Positions 12,545 through 25,956 of a stretch of DNA of 64,000 nucleotides are shown here, in pieces. The notes under the pieces were generated by a model. The model made no database searches. It had not been told where the DNA came from and was given only the letters and a program-made list of their open reading frames with translations. Made by a program: the position numbers and the translations under genes. The DNA is taken from NCBI GenBank assembly GCA_965285935.1, contig OZ260661.1, positions 45,632,001 through 45,696,000 of the forward strand, given 5' to 3'. This DNA comes from Ophelia neglecta. Taxonomy: Eukaryota. Each line of letters begins with the position of its first letter. Positions within the stretch are counted from its first letter, which is position 1.

Positions 12545-14512
12545 CGATAACTACTGTCAGTGTGGGTTGAGAGTAATAATATATATTGTAGAGGCCAGGC
12601 TGGTTTCAGGAAGCACCATGTTACTTCTGATAATGTATTAATATTGAGTTCACTTGTAAAAAAATACCTCTTTCAACGTAAAAAGTTGTATGCAGCCTTT
12701 TTTGACTTTCGAAAAGCTCTCGACCATGTTGTACGGGATAACGTGTATTACAAACTAATTAAAAGTGGTATAAAGGGACGCATATTAACCATAATTGAAT
12801 CTATTTATGCCCATGTAAAGTCACCTGTGAGGGGGTGGAATGACAAATTAAGTGATTGGTTTGGTTGTCCACTTGGCCTACGCCAGGGGGAGTGTCTATC
12901 TCCCATCCTGTCTGCTTTATTGATTAATGATATGGAAACTTATCTGGGCAGGAATGGGAATTCTGATTTTCCAATTTGGAGTGGAATTATCTATTACCTT
13001 CTCCTCTTCGCAGATGACTGTGTTCTATTGTCTGAGTCAGCAACAAAGTTGCAAGAGATGTTAAATGACCTTGGGACCTATTGTGATAGGTGGAACCTAG
13101 AGATAAATGTGGCAAAAACAAATATTGTAACGTTAGTTTTCAGGAACCATAAAAATACCAGTACGGGTGACTTTGTATATAAGGGTCGGAGTATTGAAGT
13201 AGTAGACGATTTTTGTTATCTGGGTACTACTTTGTCCTATAATGGTCATTGGGGAAGTAATATAAAAAAATTGCTGGCTAAAGCCAGGAAGGCTTTGTTT
13301 TGTCTATAGAGAAGAGTTTATGATAGGTATTTCACTGTACCAGAAATTATTGAATTATTTGAAAATCTAGTGGAACCTATATTGTTATTTGGCTGTGAGG
13401 TGTGGGGCTACAATACCAATTGCTGCCCTGGAAACTTTTCGCATTAATTGTTTTAAAGAACTGTTGTGTGTTAAAACTAACACAAGTACAAATATGGTCT
13501 TGTTGGCAGTAGCCCGTGTACCACTTAAATGTAAAATAGAGCCGAGGTCTGTTGGTTTTTGGGCAAGTTTGTCAATGGAACACAGTAAACGGTTGGCCAC
13601 AGATACTTTAAAATCATTGTATAAGGAACGCTTTCAAAACTGGGGTGGTTATGTAAGAGTTGAACTGCAGGGCATTGGCTTGGATGGTTGTTGGCCTGAC
13701 CCTGGTATAAGCAAAGGTGTGGCCAAAATTAAGCATTGTGTTTTTAAGGACTTATTCAGTTCACTTAAGAGTAGTAAAAGTACCCTGTTCAGATATTGCT
13801 GGAACATTGATATGGTTGGGCAGTCACCTTGGTATATTTCTAACCTGTCATACAAATTTGTGAAAATTATGTCAATGTTAAGGTTAAGGTCACATCGTCT
13901 CCGTACTGAGACTGGTACTTGGGAGGGCCTGCCTGTGGCTGATAGGTTATGCACCCAGTGCAACAGGGTGGAAGATGAAATGCATATTGTCCTAGAGTGC
14001 CCTGTATATTTGGATCTTAGAAAAAGATTTATAAATAAAAAATACTGGAAGAGACCAAGTTTGGATAATTTCATTGGCCTTTTGAATTGTAGAAATAAAA
14101 GTCAACTGGCTTGTCTGTGTAGATTTTTTGAACATGCACTGAAACTCCACAAGGACAGATTCCTGGTTTAGCACATATTTGCCTTAATTTGTCTCATGTT
14201 ATTTGTTTAAGGGTTTGGCTTATGTCTCTGCTGCCACCCTTGATATGTTATTCCTTGGGTTTGGCTCACATTTAGGGAATTAAAAAGTTTTGTTTATCTC
14301 TGTATATTTTATATTTTGTTATCGCCTATTGATGGACTCTCCTCTGCTTGTTTGTCTGCTGTTCTGGCCATGCCAGGTGTCCTACGGCACTGGCGCGCAT
14401 GTTGGGTGTATGTCACTTGTATAATATTACATTCATTTACATATAAGGTCATGTAACAGGGCAGTAATTGCCCTATAGTAATGAATAAAAATATTCGTAT
14501 TCGTATTCGTTA
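12545..14512 (+). mobile_element. 5'-truncated non-LTR retrotransposon (RTE-X-like LINE), RT plus C-terminal CCHC finger, disrupted
   Basis: RT motifs QAGFRK, FFDFRKALDHV, GLRQGECLSPIL, LLFADD, YLG. Premature TAG at 13307-13309 with the frame continuing (PILLFGCEVWG), then a frameshift near 13410-13425. C-terminal SHRLRTETG...CTQC...EDEMHIVLEC. 3' end has AATAAA followed by a (TATTCG)n tail at ~14492-14510. Clade assignment is inference. Confidence 0.88.
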
Positions 14513-14859
14513 ATAGTTTCAAATGCAGAAGTTCGATTGCAATATACCCCTTGGACATTTCAGCGACCGCCGAGGGACCGACGATTATTTTGCACCAACT
14601 CTCGCGAGATCTCGCTAGACTTACCTCAATACGCTGAACTGATGGCCTCGTGGATGGACCTACGATTCTGCTGTGTTGCCGGGTGCAGTACATCCACCAA
14701 ACAACCGCCAAATACAGGACTCCCAACTGTTTTCACCGACAGCCTCCCGGTTTTCACCAATTTTCGCCTGGTTATTAACTCATTCTCAGTAATTCTGGCG
14801 GGTTTATTTACGAGTTCAAGATCTATCACGGCATCCAAAGATACTGTCGGTTTCTACTA

Positions 14860-15100
14860 GAATTTCTCTCTGCCCTTATTTAATCAGTAATTGTAAATTG
14901 TAAAGCATTTAGTTTCTGCAGACGGTTTATTTGGGGCTGTTGGATAATCGCAGAACCCCAAACTGTAAAAGTGTAAGGGCTATAGGCCTATAACACATTT
15001 GTTTTCACTGCGTTTGCATGCTTTCTCCATTGCTGATTTAACCACATGCGTTATGACATTAGGCCTAATATTTTTTTTTATACTGCAACTACCAGTGTGT
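14860..15100 (-). mobile_element. Possible CR1/L2-group LINE 3' ORF remnant downstream of paralog C
   Basis: Minus-strand remnant PYTFTVWGSAIIQQPQINRLQKLN resembles the CR1/L2 C-terminal YCxxVW...LQKLQN segment; short and degenerate. Confidence 0.4.
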
Positions 15101-15804
15101 CGCCTCCTAGCTCGAACGTATTGCATCCTCTTTCACGGGTTTGAAAACGCCAGTTTTTTTTATACATTACTAGAGTTGCCATCGGTGTCAGTAAAGCATA
15201 TATATTTGTTGAAGGTGTATAGCGGGGGGGGGCGGATGTGAGGGAGATGGAGGGAGTGGGAGAAGAGGGAGAGGGCGAGGGGGCAGGCCCGCGGAAACGT
15301 GCCAGGGAAGAGTGGTAAGGGGTAAGAGATGGTTCGTCTGTAATTACGTTATTTTCACCATGTTATCATTTTATACTCGTTATTTTTTGTTAATCTGTAT
15401 TGTCATTAAGGAGAGACCGCTCGAATAGCGTGGCACTATTCGGTCAATCCCAGTAAATATGTTTAAACCAAATGTATATTGATCATACGGCAAACAAGAA
15501 GGAATAACAACAACCACTTGAGTCTTAACTATAGTGTTACAAAAACAACAGTGTATACATTTAGTCCAAAGATGATACAGTATATACTAGATAACAGTGG
15601 TTCGTAAATAAGTGTTGAACACTAATGTAAGGAGAATGGAACAGAAAATGCAAAAGAGCATAATAAAAAACATACAGCTTATCCCAAGCCAATAACCCCT
15701 TCCCGCCCCACTGCCATCTCAACCGTAGCTTGCCTTGACAGTACCGTTACAACCATATCAGACAAGTCCTTTGTGAGGTTTTCACAGCTCTACCACTAAG
15801 CATA

Positions 15805-18800
15805 TCACGTCTTTTTCATGACGGCACTGACATACTGTTCCATTGCAGCTTTTTCCTGCAGTAAAGTCTGGGGATTGCTATTCTGCAGTTCCTTAACAGC
15901 TTCCATTTCGTCTTCGGGCACCATGAACGACTTGGCTCGGGCTTTACTCTGCCTCTTCGCCACAACGCCCTCGTGGCGATTTCGACGGAAGAAACCAACC
16001 TGGATAATAAAACGGAGGTTTTCGGGAAAACTTTTAATCCAAAACGCACCATAAACTATACGCGCAAGTATATTTAATTGTGTTTTCCTCTTCCATAGCC
16101 AACTTTTAAGTTATTCAAAAGCAAAATTTTTAGAGATTCCCCGGTTATTTCCCCGATTGTCTTACGGATTTCCGAAATATAATTTTTCGACACTAGGAGA
16201 GCATAAATTGTTTCAGAGCTATTACATGTAATACAAATTCACGCGATATTTCATATGAATTGCGATATATTGACTAAAACGGACCTTCACGAGGACAATG
16301 ATAAGAATGATGAGAAGTAGAAGGCCTGCGAAAATGCTGACTAAAATCACCCACAAGGGCAGGCTCTGCTCTGCAGAGGGCGGGAGAATTGTTGTCTTGA
16401 TCTGAAGAGAAAAAGTCATAGAAACGCTCGGCAGTTATTTATCTGCTTGCACCTGCATTATATGAAAGGAACTAAAATCTTAGCAAAACGTTTTTTATGT
16501 CACAATACGTGCGTTTTATTGTCAAATTAACTAAGCTATCCCTGTTAACGTTTGAAGAGCAGGTGTAGAACACTTTGTGATACGGATAAATACAAACACT
16601 ATTAAGTTAATGGCCAGCCCTTTCATGATTTAACTTATCTTTGGTGAGTAATGTACCTGAATATTCTGACACAGTCCACAGTCCTCTCTTCCTATAAACC
16701 TCGGTAACTTGACATCTGACACGAAGGAAAAGCCAGCGGAGCTCTAAATACATACACACACAAAATCAGAATTGTCTTGCTTTAGAATTAGATTTATATA
16801 CATAATACCAAGTAAACCTTCTTTTGATAACAAGCACGTGTTCTTATGTGATCTAGGCCACAATGATTCTTATGATAATGTTCACGAATATTTGGCTCAG
16901 TCATTTGTTTCTCGTAAACTTTTTGCATAAGAGTTTCGGACTAGATTCGTTGACAGATTCAATATATACCTATATTGTTATCAAAAAACTCATAGGCCTA
17001 TATTGTCATAAAAAAAAATATAGGACTATATTGTCATAAAAACGCAATGTAAATTCGTTTACTGCTGAGCAGTGTTAAAAGCAAGCTGAGCTTATAAAAA
17101 GACTATGTCATTCAGAATGAGAATAGGTCGTTTACGGTTCCATCAGCAGACACTTGTAAATCCACGTTATACGTTATTGTAACTGTTTCATCGACTGCCA
17201 GATTCCGAACCTCGCACTCCATGTAATCGCCGACAACCTGCAGAAGAAAGTACACTTTCATTCAACAATATAATCCTATTTATTAGTGGAATGCCCGTTT
17301 GTTTGCTTTAAACATTAAGCAATAACTTACCAGTTTGACATTTCTTGGTTGGGGGAAAACTTTCTGACTTTGCATAGCTCCGGTTTGATTAACATTAACA
17401 TTTCCATTTTTGCGACAACTGACAAGGTTAATACCACGGGACCCTTGTGAGACCTGACAAGAAAAAATATAATGACGACCAATTTTTCACGTTTCTAATG
17501 CATTTAATTTGCAAAGATTCGTTTAATAATTTTAAGCGTATTTTCTTATTGTGACAACTTTCAAGGCTAACAAGGCCAAATAAACCAATGTACCTGAAAA
17601 TCAGAAACGGTAAAAGCGATGTCGCTACGGTCAACAGTAGGATGGATCCGTACAGTAAAGTAAGGCGCCAAGCCAGGCCCTTCATTTCGGATGTCCAACA
17701 CGTGCTTTGCTCTTTGTGACGAAGTCCCACTCTCTGTCATTTGTATGGCAACGAGCTCCTCGGGGTTAGACAGACTATAATAAAAATAAATCTAACATAT
17801 GCCTTCATTGAAAGGTGAGCTAACAAACAGACAAAGAAGAATATGAATTCACAGTTTTCGTTTGGTAAAACGACATTATCGCCCAGGAGATACGTTGCCT
17901 AACAGTGTTACCCTTTTGCTAGTAGTCGAGCCTCGTGTACAGCAGGTATTATCACGGTGACGTTGTTGTTCTTCAGTTCCTCCTCGGTTTCCGTTGAACG
18001 TGTGCTGACAACTGCTGTAAACCTCAGGTCGTTTGGCGCCAGTTTTTCAGAACAACATAGGGTGAATAAAATTGTCTGAGAGGAATTGGGAAGCATTGGA
18101 TTTCCTGTTTCACACGAAAACACTTCAGAGTCAGTCTCCTCTTCATTCATTTTCTTGACACATGATAGAGATCTGTATGGCGACACTGTGATTCCTGGAG
18201 TAAATATGAAATCCAAACGGGAATTGTATGCACCATCTTCTCCATTTAATATGTCGATTTGAAACAGTACCAGCTTCTGCTGGCCAATCACGTACGTCGT
18301 TGCGTTGGCTTTCATATCTACCGCCAGATCTGTTCTGCATATCAAATCGCGGCAGTCCTTACAGAAGTGAATCTAGGGAAAAGAAAATGACCAAATCAAA
18401 GGTTTGAGTAAATAAATAGGCGAATGAATGTCAAAATATCTCGTGCAGATGTGATGTATAGATATTGACCTCGGTAAACATTACACCAGATTGTGTCTGA
18501 TTGATGATTGGAGCCAAGCCGTTTGGGTTGTCTCTTCTTAGCTCCTCGGTGTTATTGTCGAGTGAGTAGCGTGTTGTCAAACGGATCGGCCTGATCTTGT
18601 CAGCCGGACTCTTCTGCCAATTGAAAAGAAACAATAAGGTGCATGTGTACCCAATTTAAATGAAACCGACTATGATTAAAAAACATACATCACATCATGA
18701 TGTACACATATGACATACACCTTAATCCATTGACTTGGATAAATACGTTTACTGGCAGACTTAAGATTAAATCGATTATCATTAATTAAATATTTAGTGT

Positions 18801-21800
18801 AAAATACATTGCGTATGTATACATCGCAATCGATTTATATTCACAAATGGAGATAAATACGTTCCTATATACAATATTACAATAAAGACAAAATGCATTG
18901 CTCTCTAATTACTAAGAATACCATACCTTATCATATAAGCATACATGTATATATATATATATTTAGCTACAGATTATTACTCTCGCACTTTTGTGCACTG
19001 GAATCAGGTCCAAATAACTTTGGCCTCCAACATGGAGGGGAAAGTAATAAAATCCTTAATGCAATAAACTAAAAACCATTTTTCAATAGGCTAATATTCG
19101 ATTTCATCTCGTTGTAATTGAGTATTATACTATACAATCCTGCAGCTACTTGGAGCGCTGTCTTGAGCACACGACAGAAGTAACAACATACTGGAATTTG
19201 TCAGAGGTCATAAAAGGAAACTTTAGCTTGTGGGCGGGAGCGGGAGGGGGGGGGGCTTCCCCCTCAAGTGATACTGAAAAAAAAGTCTTCCTCAACCGTC
19301 TAATTGCACCAGATTGCACTCAAGTCACACTGAGGTTGTCCCCAAGTCAAACTGAATTTGCCCTCAACTCGAACAGAAGTTGCCCCCAAGTCAAAGTGAA
19401 AGTCAAGCTGAACTAGGCGTCATTTTATATTTACCTTCAAGTTGTATCAAATACAGCTAATCAAGTTTAAGTGGCATGTAAATCACACTATTGCAGTCAA
19501 GTCAAATTACACTCGCCCCTCAAATCATTTAAGAAAAGGCAAACCAATCTTATCGGTACTATTTTATGCCCTATCTACTCCCCCCCCCCCATACAGGGGC
19601 CGCAGGAAAGCGGTAAAGAATACAAATATTGCTCCTAAAATAATGCGATCAATTAAAAATACATCATAACACACCAATACTGTTTAGTAGTTTAGTTTTT
19701 GAAGGTTATAAGAAATTAATAAACTTAAGTTATGAGCGGCTTTTATGCATTTTGTAGCCAATGTTAAAAGACGAAATTCAAAACAAATGTCGTCTGGTAC
19801 ATAGGACAGCCCTACACTATTGGCTGTCTTGAACTGTCCTAAAACATACCACAACATTGAAATCAGTATATCATTAATGCTAACAGATCATATACATGTA
19901 CAACAATACGCTGCTTAATGACAGAAAACTGCCGGAAGTCGCTCATGTACGTGACTTACAGGCACTTGGATTATGATAGTCTGTTCCGTTTCCTGATCTC
20001 GGTTCAGTACCTCCCGACCTCGACCTTCTCTCGTCGCGTTCCCGTGATTGATCAAACGAGCTCGGTGCGTTAGAGCTTCGTAATCATCCATGGAGGTATC
20101 CCAGTTAATTGCTGATAGAAGAAAATACGAATTGACGAATTGATATAGGAAAACGAGACATTACAATAAATTGTTTATGTAAATATGCTTGATATGCTTT
20201 GGGATACTGAGTACTTATAAGCTTGAATGGTAAGGCTCACCATGAATTCGCGCAAGGGCATTAGGTTGATAATAATTCCAAGAGAACTTGAAGCTAACAG
20301 CAAAGCACGGAACGCTGTTTCCTGACGACAATACACACACGTGTTCATTCAGTTTGATGCATGTGTCTTGGAGAGCGATAGTTGTCGATATTGTGATGAC
20401 TGGTCTTGAACGCACAACAAACACTTGGTCCGACTCGTAAGCTCCGACACCAAGATCTATTCAGAGACACGCGCAATAAGAACACGTTGTTTGTCTTTGT
20501 ATAAAATAGTTTCAATACACCCATCATTCCATGCCTTAGCATATCAAAGTAAAACGATGCAGATGGCAGGTCTGAGGTAATTATGAAATAGGGAGAACAA
20601 CTTAAAACATTAAATGCTTCTAATGTATACCAACCAATTTAAAACCTTTTTCATGTAAAGCAGAATAACAGTTCTGGAAGGTTATCGTACTCATAAGCAG
20701 ACGTTACCGTCATATCCGTTTCCATCTATGTCAAATGCTCCAACCATCCCATATCCTAGCCCACGTGGCTGTTCTGGCAGCTCATTGGCCGATATTCGCT
20801 GAGTATAGTTGATGGATACGCCGTTAGGGGAGCCGTTAAACACATACACAGCGCCACGATTGTCGTTCTCATAGGGAGCTCCTACTACTATGTCTGAGTG
20901 CGGATAATGACATCGGTATTTAAATGTGTTTTTGACATGATAACAGTAATATACCGTAATATATAGAGGTTGTAGGGAATGGGCAGGGCATGCCAATTTA
21001 ATAAATTGGTCATGATGTAATATGATGGCATGTCAGTTAAATAATACGCGTTTACTGACCGTTGTAGCCATCTCCATCCAGGTCTCCAGCTGACGATATG
21101 GCAGTCCCAAATCTGCTGAACTGCTGATTGTTTTTCAATTTGGGTCCTTCTATCAGATCCCCCTGTAAACGAAACTTACATAAAGCTCTCCCTGCATACA
21201 GCCATGACAACTCTAAGTCCATTCGGTCTATTGCCTGAGCCTTTTTCTAATTTTGAGTTAGTAGTGTATTGATTAAGGTAATTGACAGATAGAAATAGTC
21301 CTACTGGAGTTTACCTGAGTGCCATAATACACGTGTACCAGACCAATGTCTCCCACGTTAGTCGTGTACAATGGGGCCCCAATAAAAAGGTCGTCCCAGC
21401 CATCTCCGTTCACATCAACAGCCAATAGAGCAGATCCGAAACCAGACTTATACTGAATATAATAGCAATAGGTAAGATATGTCAACCTTTATTCAACAAT
21501 GACTGATCAGAGGTAGGCTTTTGTGATGTATTCAGATATAATAATGATTGTAAATGTTTGTTCACACAAGCAAACTCTCCCTGTTTTTATTTATTCGGAC
21601 TTATTTATGTATTGGATATTTATTGTGTCTTTTTTTCCTTAGTTGCCTTCATAAAATTGTTTAGATTTAAATTGAAGGATAGATCCTTTTTATAATCTCA
21701 TACACACTTAATCCTCACGAGGTTGCACAGAACCATCTAGAAACTTCTTACAGAGACCTTGCATGTAAAGCAGGCTACCAGTAATATTATTTCTATTATT

Positions 21801-24800
21801 TACAATTATGACTGTTTAATACAAGCTTATTTGCAGTTTGGGAACTGGAGTTTGAAACTTCTGGGCCTGCTGCTGGCGGTGAACGGTCCCTGATGTTTTT
21901 GGTATATTTAATGGACAATTCTTAACTAATGATTTGACTGTCGGGTAGCTACTCCCGTTTTTCTTACACTCTACCTAATGTGTTGTAGCATTATTATTTT
22001 TTATATTAATCGTTTAGCCAATAAGGTTTAATGTCTTAATTTTTAGTCTCTCGCCTAAATTTAGGTTTGGACGATTTGCATACTTCATCCACTGGTCTTG
22101 GAATCTATTAACATATCAATACCGATGCGATGTTCCGATCCGTTCGATCCCCTCTTACTCGTTAGTTTAGAAAAACTAAAACTAAATGTCCATTGGTCTT
22201 GGTGTTTTCCTCGTTGAGATTAGTAATTTCGTATATTGTATTTAAGTCGTAAGAGCAACCAATGAATCTACACTGAATATATAGTGCAACATAAAGAAGA
22301 GGGTAACAAAGAGTCATAAAAATAGAGTAAGAATTTGCTGAAGTGCAAAGTACGCAAGTAAAAAGCATGAAAGTATAAGGGTAGGTTATAGGCTGAGGAC
22401 ATGGTGAGGGAAATGGCTAAAAAACGCTTTGGGGACACGGTTACCTAGATGCATGGTTAGGTTGAAGGTTAGTACGGAAAGTGTTGGGAAGAAGGCACGC
22501 ATTTAAGGTACATCTCAGGTAAATCGTAGATTGACGTCGACATGAGAACAAACAGCTTTTTAATTACCCGCCACTGCAGCAAAACAATCCTGAGGTTGAG
22601 GTTCAGTATTCAACACATTTTATTATATTACTTTGGTGTTGTAGGCATCCTGTTTGTGCTCTATGCAATAACTACACCACTTGCAGTTCTATGGATAGTA
22701 TAACTAAGAGAGGGTGGAGGTTGGGGAGAAAATATCTTTTTAACGCCTCATTCGGGGGGTACAACAACCCCATAACACTCTTATTTTCCCAATACTGCGT
22801 TACCAAAAAAATTGTTCCGTCTGTTAATGCCAATAAGACATGGCAAAATAATAAAAACACATTAATCTGCTAACTTATATATTCCGTCGTGCCTGTAAAC
22901 ATTTTGAGACTCAGAGGCTATTTCTTTTTCCATCCTTTCTACTATGTCTACAATGAATTAGATCGGTCAGTGAAGGCCTGTTTCCTCATATATTAGTTAT
23001 AGGTTAGAAAAAGACTTACTTGCGTCGAATTCAATCTTCTTAAAAGGAGGGAATTCTGGACGTCCATCTTGTAAATGATTACCTAAAACATTTATTTTGT
23101 TTACTATATCAGGATATCCTCTACTTATGAACGTATATAGTGAGAAAACAGAATTAAGCAGAATGTTACTACGTTTCGAATAGGACAGTTTAGCTCATCA
23201 AACCATGACCATATTTATTGAATCAATCAAGCAATTATCATTAAAAATGGGTGAAATTAGTAAATTTAGGCCTACTTGTCCTTCCAGATTGGTGTTTGGT
23301 GCTCCCGCCACCAAACTGTACGAGTCTTTTGTATCGCTTAATACATTACCAGTCGTGATTGCGTAGCCTTTTGTACATAGCAACAGAGAAATATGGAAGA
23401 CAAGAGATGGAACTTGTTGAAGTTTCTACCAGATATAAATAGTGCAAACATTCATAGCGACTGGACAAAACTTAACACATATACAAACGCAATCAAAAAA
23501 CATCAAATTGTTTGATATTTGCTTCAGTTGTGATAGTAGTTAAGCATGTATTTCTTACCGAGGTTGCTGTTCTCTGGTACCGTGTGCGCAATATCGCTCA
23601 CAGAGAACAGCCTGCTAGTAGCTGTTATATAAAGGTCTACGCCACCTAGCGTAAGTAATTAAAATCAAAACCAAACATAATAAAATATGGATACATTGTT
23701 GAGAGCGGATGATTACAACTATCATCAAATGCTTAAACGTTCAGATGCACGTAGATAAACTATGCGCTAATGTTAACAACGACTCAGGACTCAGGGTGGA
23801 GTGTGTAGCGAATATTGTCGTTAATTTATTAACGAATGGAGGAAAACCTATTATAATATAGATTTCTTTTACTCAATGAACTGATTTAAATTACAAATCG
23901 ACTTATAAATAATTGACAGTTACCAACCGGTGGCATCGTAGTGACGCTGCGGAAGACCCGGTCTACCGATATATATGTTATTATCCTGAAAATTAAAAAC
24001 CAGTAAAGTGATATTGTTGGATAGGATCTAAAATATTATGGCGGGCCAATATACAAATTTCCTCAAACAAGGAGGCGGCGGGGGGGGGGGGGGGGATCGC
24101 ATATTTGATTGGATGCTGTTGAGAGTTTGAGAGAATAACTCTCGAAAGTAGTTTGTTATTAAACAATGGCACAAAATACGATTGTTTTTTATCCGGTTTT
24201 TGGCGAAGGGGACGTAGTATCCCGCCCCGGGATACGATACATTGGTTTTATCACTAAAATACAATTTCATTATTTAAGTAGTACTATTGCCCGATAATAA
24301 TAGTATACCTTTGCCACATGGACCGCCATTCCTGACAAGGAAAACCCATACACATCATCGACCTTCAGGGAATTGTTGGAATAAATGCGGTGAAAATAAT
24401 CCGTAAAACGGATCGTCTTAGTTCTTCCTCCTGCCAGATGTCCCTCGTGTAAGTAGCATATTCCATTGGGCGTCCAGGAATCGTATATGGAGTTGTTGAA
24501 AACTTTCTGAAAGTCGTTTCTCCAGAGGTGTCCGCATGCCTGAATGGTTGTTTCAAATAAATCCCGATAGATTTCATATCCATAAGATAGAGCAAAAGGG
24601 GGGGGGGATAATTGTCTGGGAAAGTAACGGTGACGAGGCAAATCAAAAAGACCAAAAAATGGGAAGCAAGTGGTGATGCGAATGATAATTCATAAGTAGG
24701 TTTTGAGTTTCTAAGTAGGTATTATAGGTAATTTTATTTTTCTATGCAAACTCAACATTGCTTAAGAGATTTAAATCCGCATACATTTTACATAAATAAA

Positions 24801-25956
24801 TAAAAAATAGATAGTTTTGAGTGCCGTAACAAATCAGGACGCGACACTCAGTTAATCAAGATGCTAGCTGATTGATATTTTCGGATCCAAAAACTTATTT
24901 CTGAGCATATGATATGAACCTACCATCATTCGGGAAGGGGAGCCGGCCCTGGCGGCGACTGAAACTCCTAAAAACTGATGATCTTTGATATCAGCATACT
25001 CATTTCTTATTAATGTGTTACCTGAAGATTGCAAACAGAAGAGCACTGAAGGGAAACTGGGAGAGGGTGAGAGATCGAATCCCCATATGCCCCAAGGCAA
25101 AAGATAGTCAATATCTATTATGCATTCAAACTATTCTCATAACAAAGATAGCTACGAAAGAGTTATAAAATAATATCATGCCTGTAGTGTCCAAGACAAT
25201 CTGACTACAGGCTGGATCTGAAAGGGTGTTGAGTGGACACATGTATATTGCTCCGGGAGACACTAAGCGTGGTTCTGCAGTCGAGTTGGCACGTGGAGCA
25301 CCCACCACCAGCCTATTTATATATGTATAAAAGGTTTTGAAAAAAGAATCATTTAAAAAATAATATCACACCTTGTTCAACATAAATAATTTTCCCTTAG
25401 GTGGTTAGGTTTATTGGTGTCTCAAATTCCAAGCATTCTACAATATATTTTTATTAAAGCTATACAGAAACGCATATTTATCAATAGAACATACTATATA
25501 AACTTATTTTCACACATGTGAACATGCAACAAAAAACCATACAACTGATGCAAATGTTCAAGGCACTGTCAAGCCGAGAAACCTTTGTTATTGTTTTCCC
25601 TTAAATGTTGAACGCAGTATTCATGAAAACAAAAATAACATAGTCAGCCCTAATTAAAAATACGACATTTTTTGATATCTCTTAATAAGAGGTTGAAAAG
25701 ACTGATACAACAGAAATATGAACGTTTTGAAATACTTGTTTTCACGCTTCGTCTCGGTCATCAACAAATTATTGTGTTTGTAAACTTACCACGAAGCTCC
25801 AGGAATCGTGTGAACGGCGAGAGAAAACCCCAAATAACTACCTGCTGGTCCCTTAAAACTCAGAGGAACGCCATAAAGATCAATATTGTATGCGTTAACA
25901 ACACAAAACAGTCCTAAAAGTATGGATACCCTCCACTGCAGGTGTATATAATTCAT
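15805..25956 (-). CDS. Integrin alpha subunit, alpha4/alpha9-like, paralog C (21 exons, ~1043 aa)
   Basis: Exons: 25956-25790, 25312-25182 (GC donor), 25021-24924, 24539-24309, 23985-23928, 23645-23559, 23367-23276, 23082-23020, 21452-21315, 21162-21060, 20893-20708, 20456-20241, 20111-19960, 18613-18470, 18372-17912, 17774-17594, 17453-17331, 17237-17136 (shifted donor, inferred), 16743-16657, 16401-16285, 15999-15805. TM LPLWVILVSIFAGLLLLIILIIVLVK; KVGFFRR tail ending YVSAVMKKT*. Confidence 0.9.
19270..19525. repeat. CAAGTCA-rich repeat array, likely MITE-derived (intron 13 of C)
   Basis: Repeated caagtcacac/caagtcaaac/caagtcaaag/ccctcaa units. Confidence 0.55.

Noticed and set aside
15819-15842. 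YVSAV as an ITIM/ITSM
   Set aside because: Y+3 is Ala rather than L/V/I and Y-2 is Glu, so it does not fit the consensus; kept only as an unrecognised motif.
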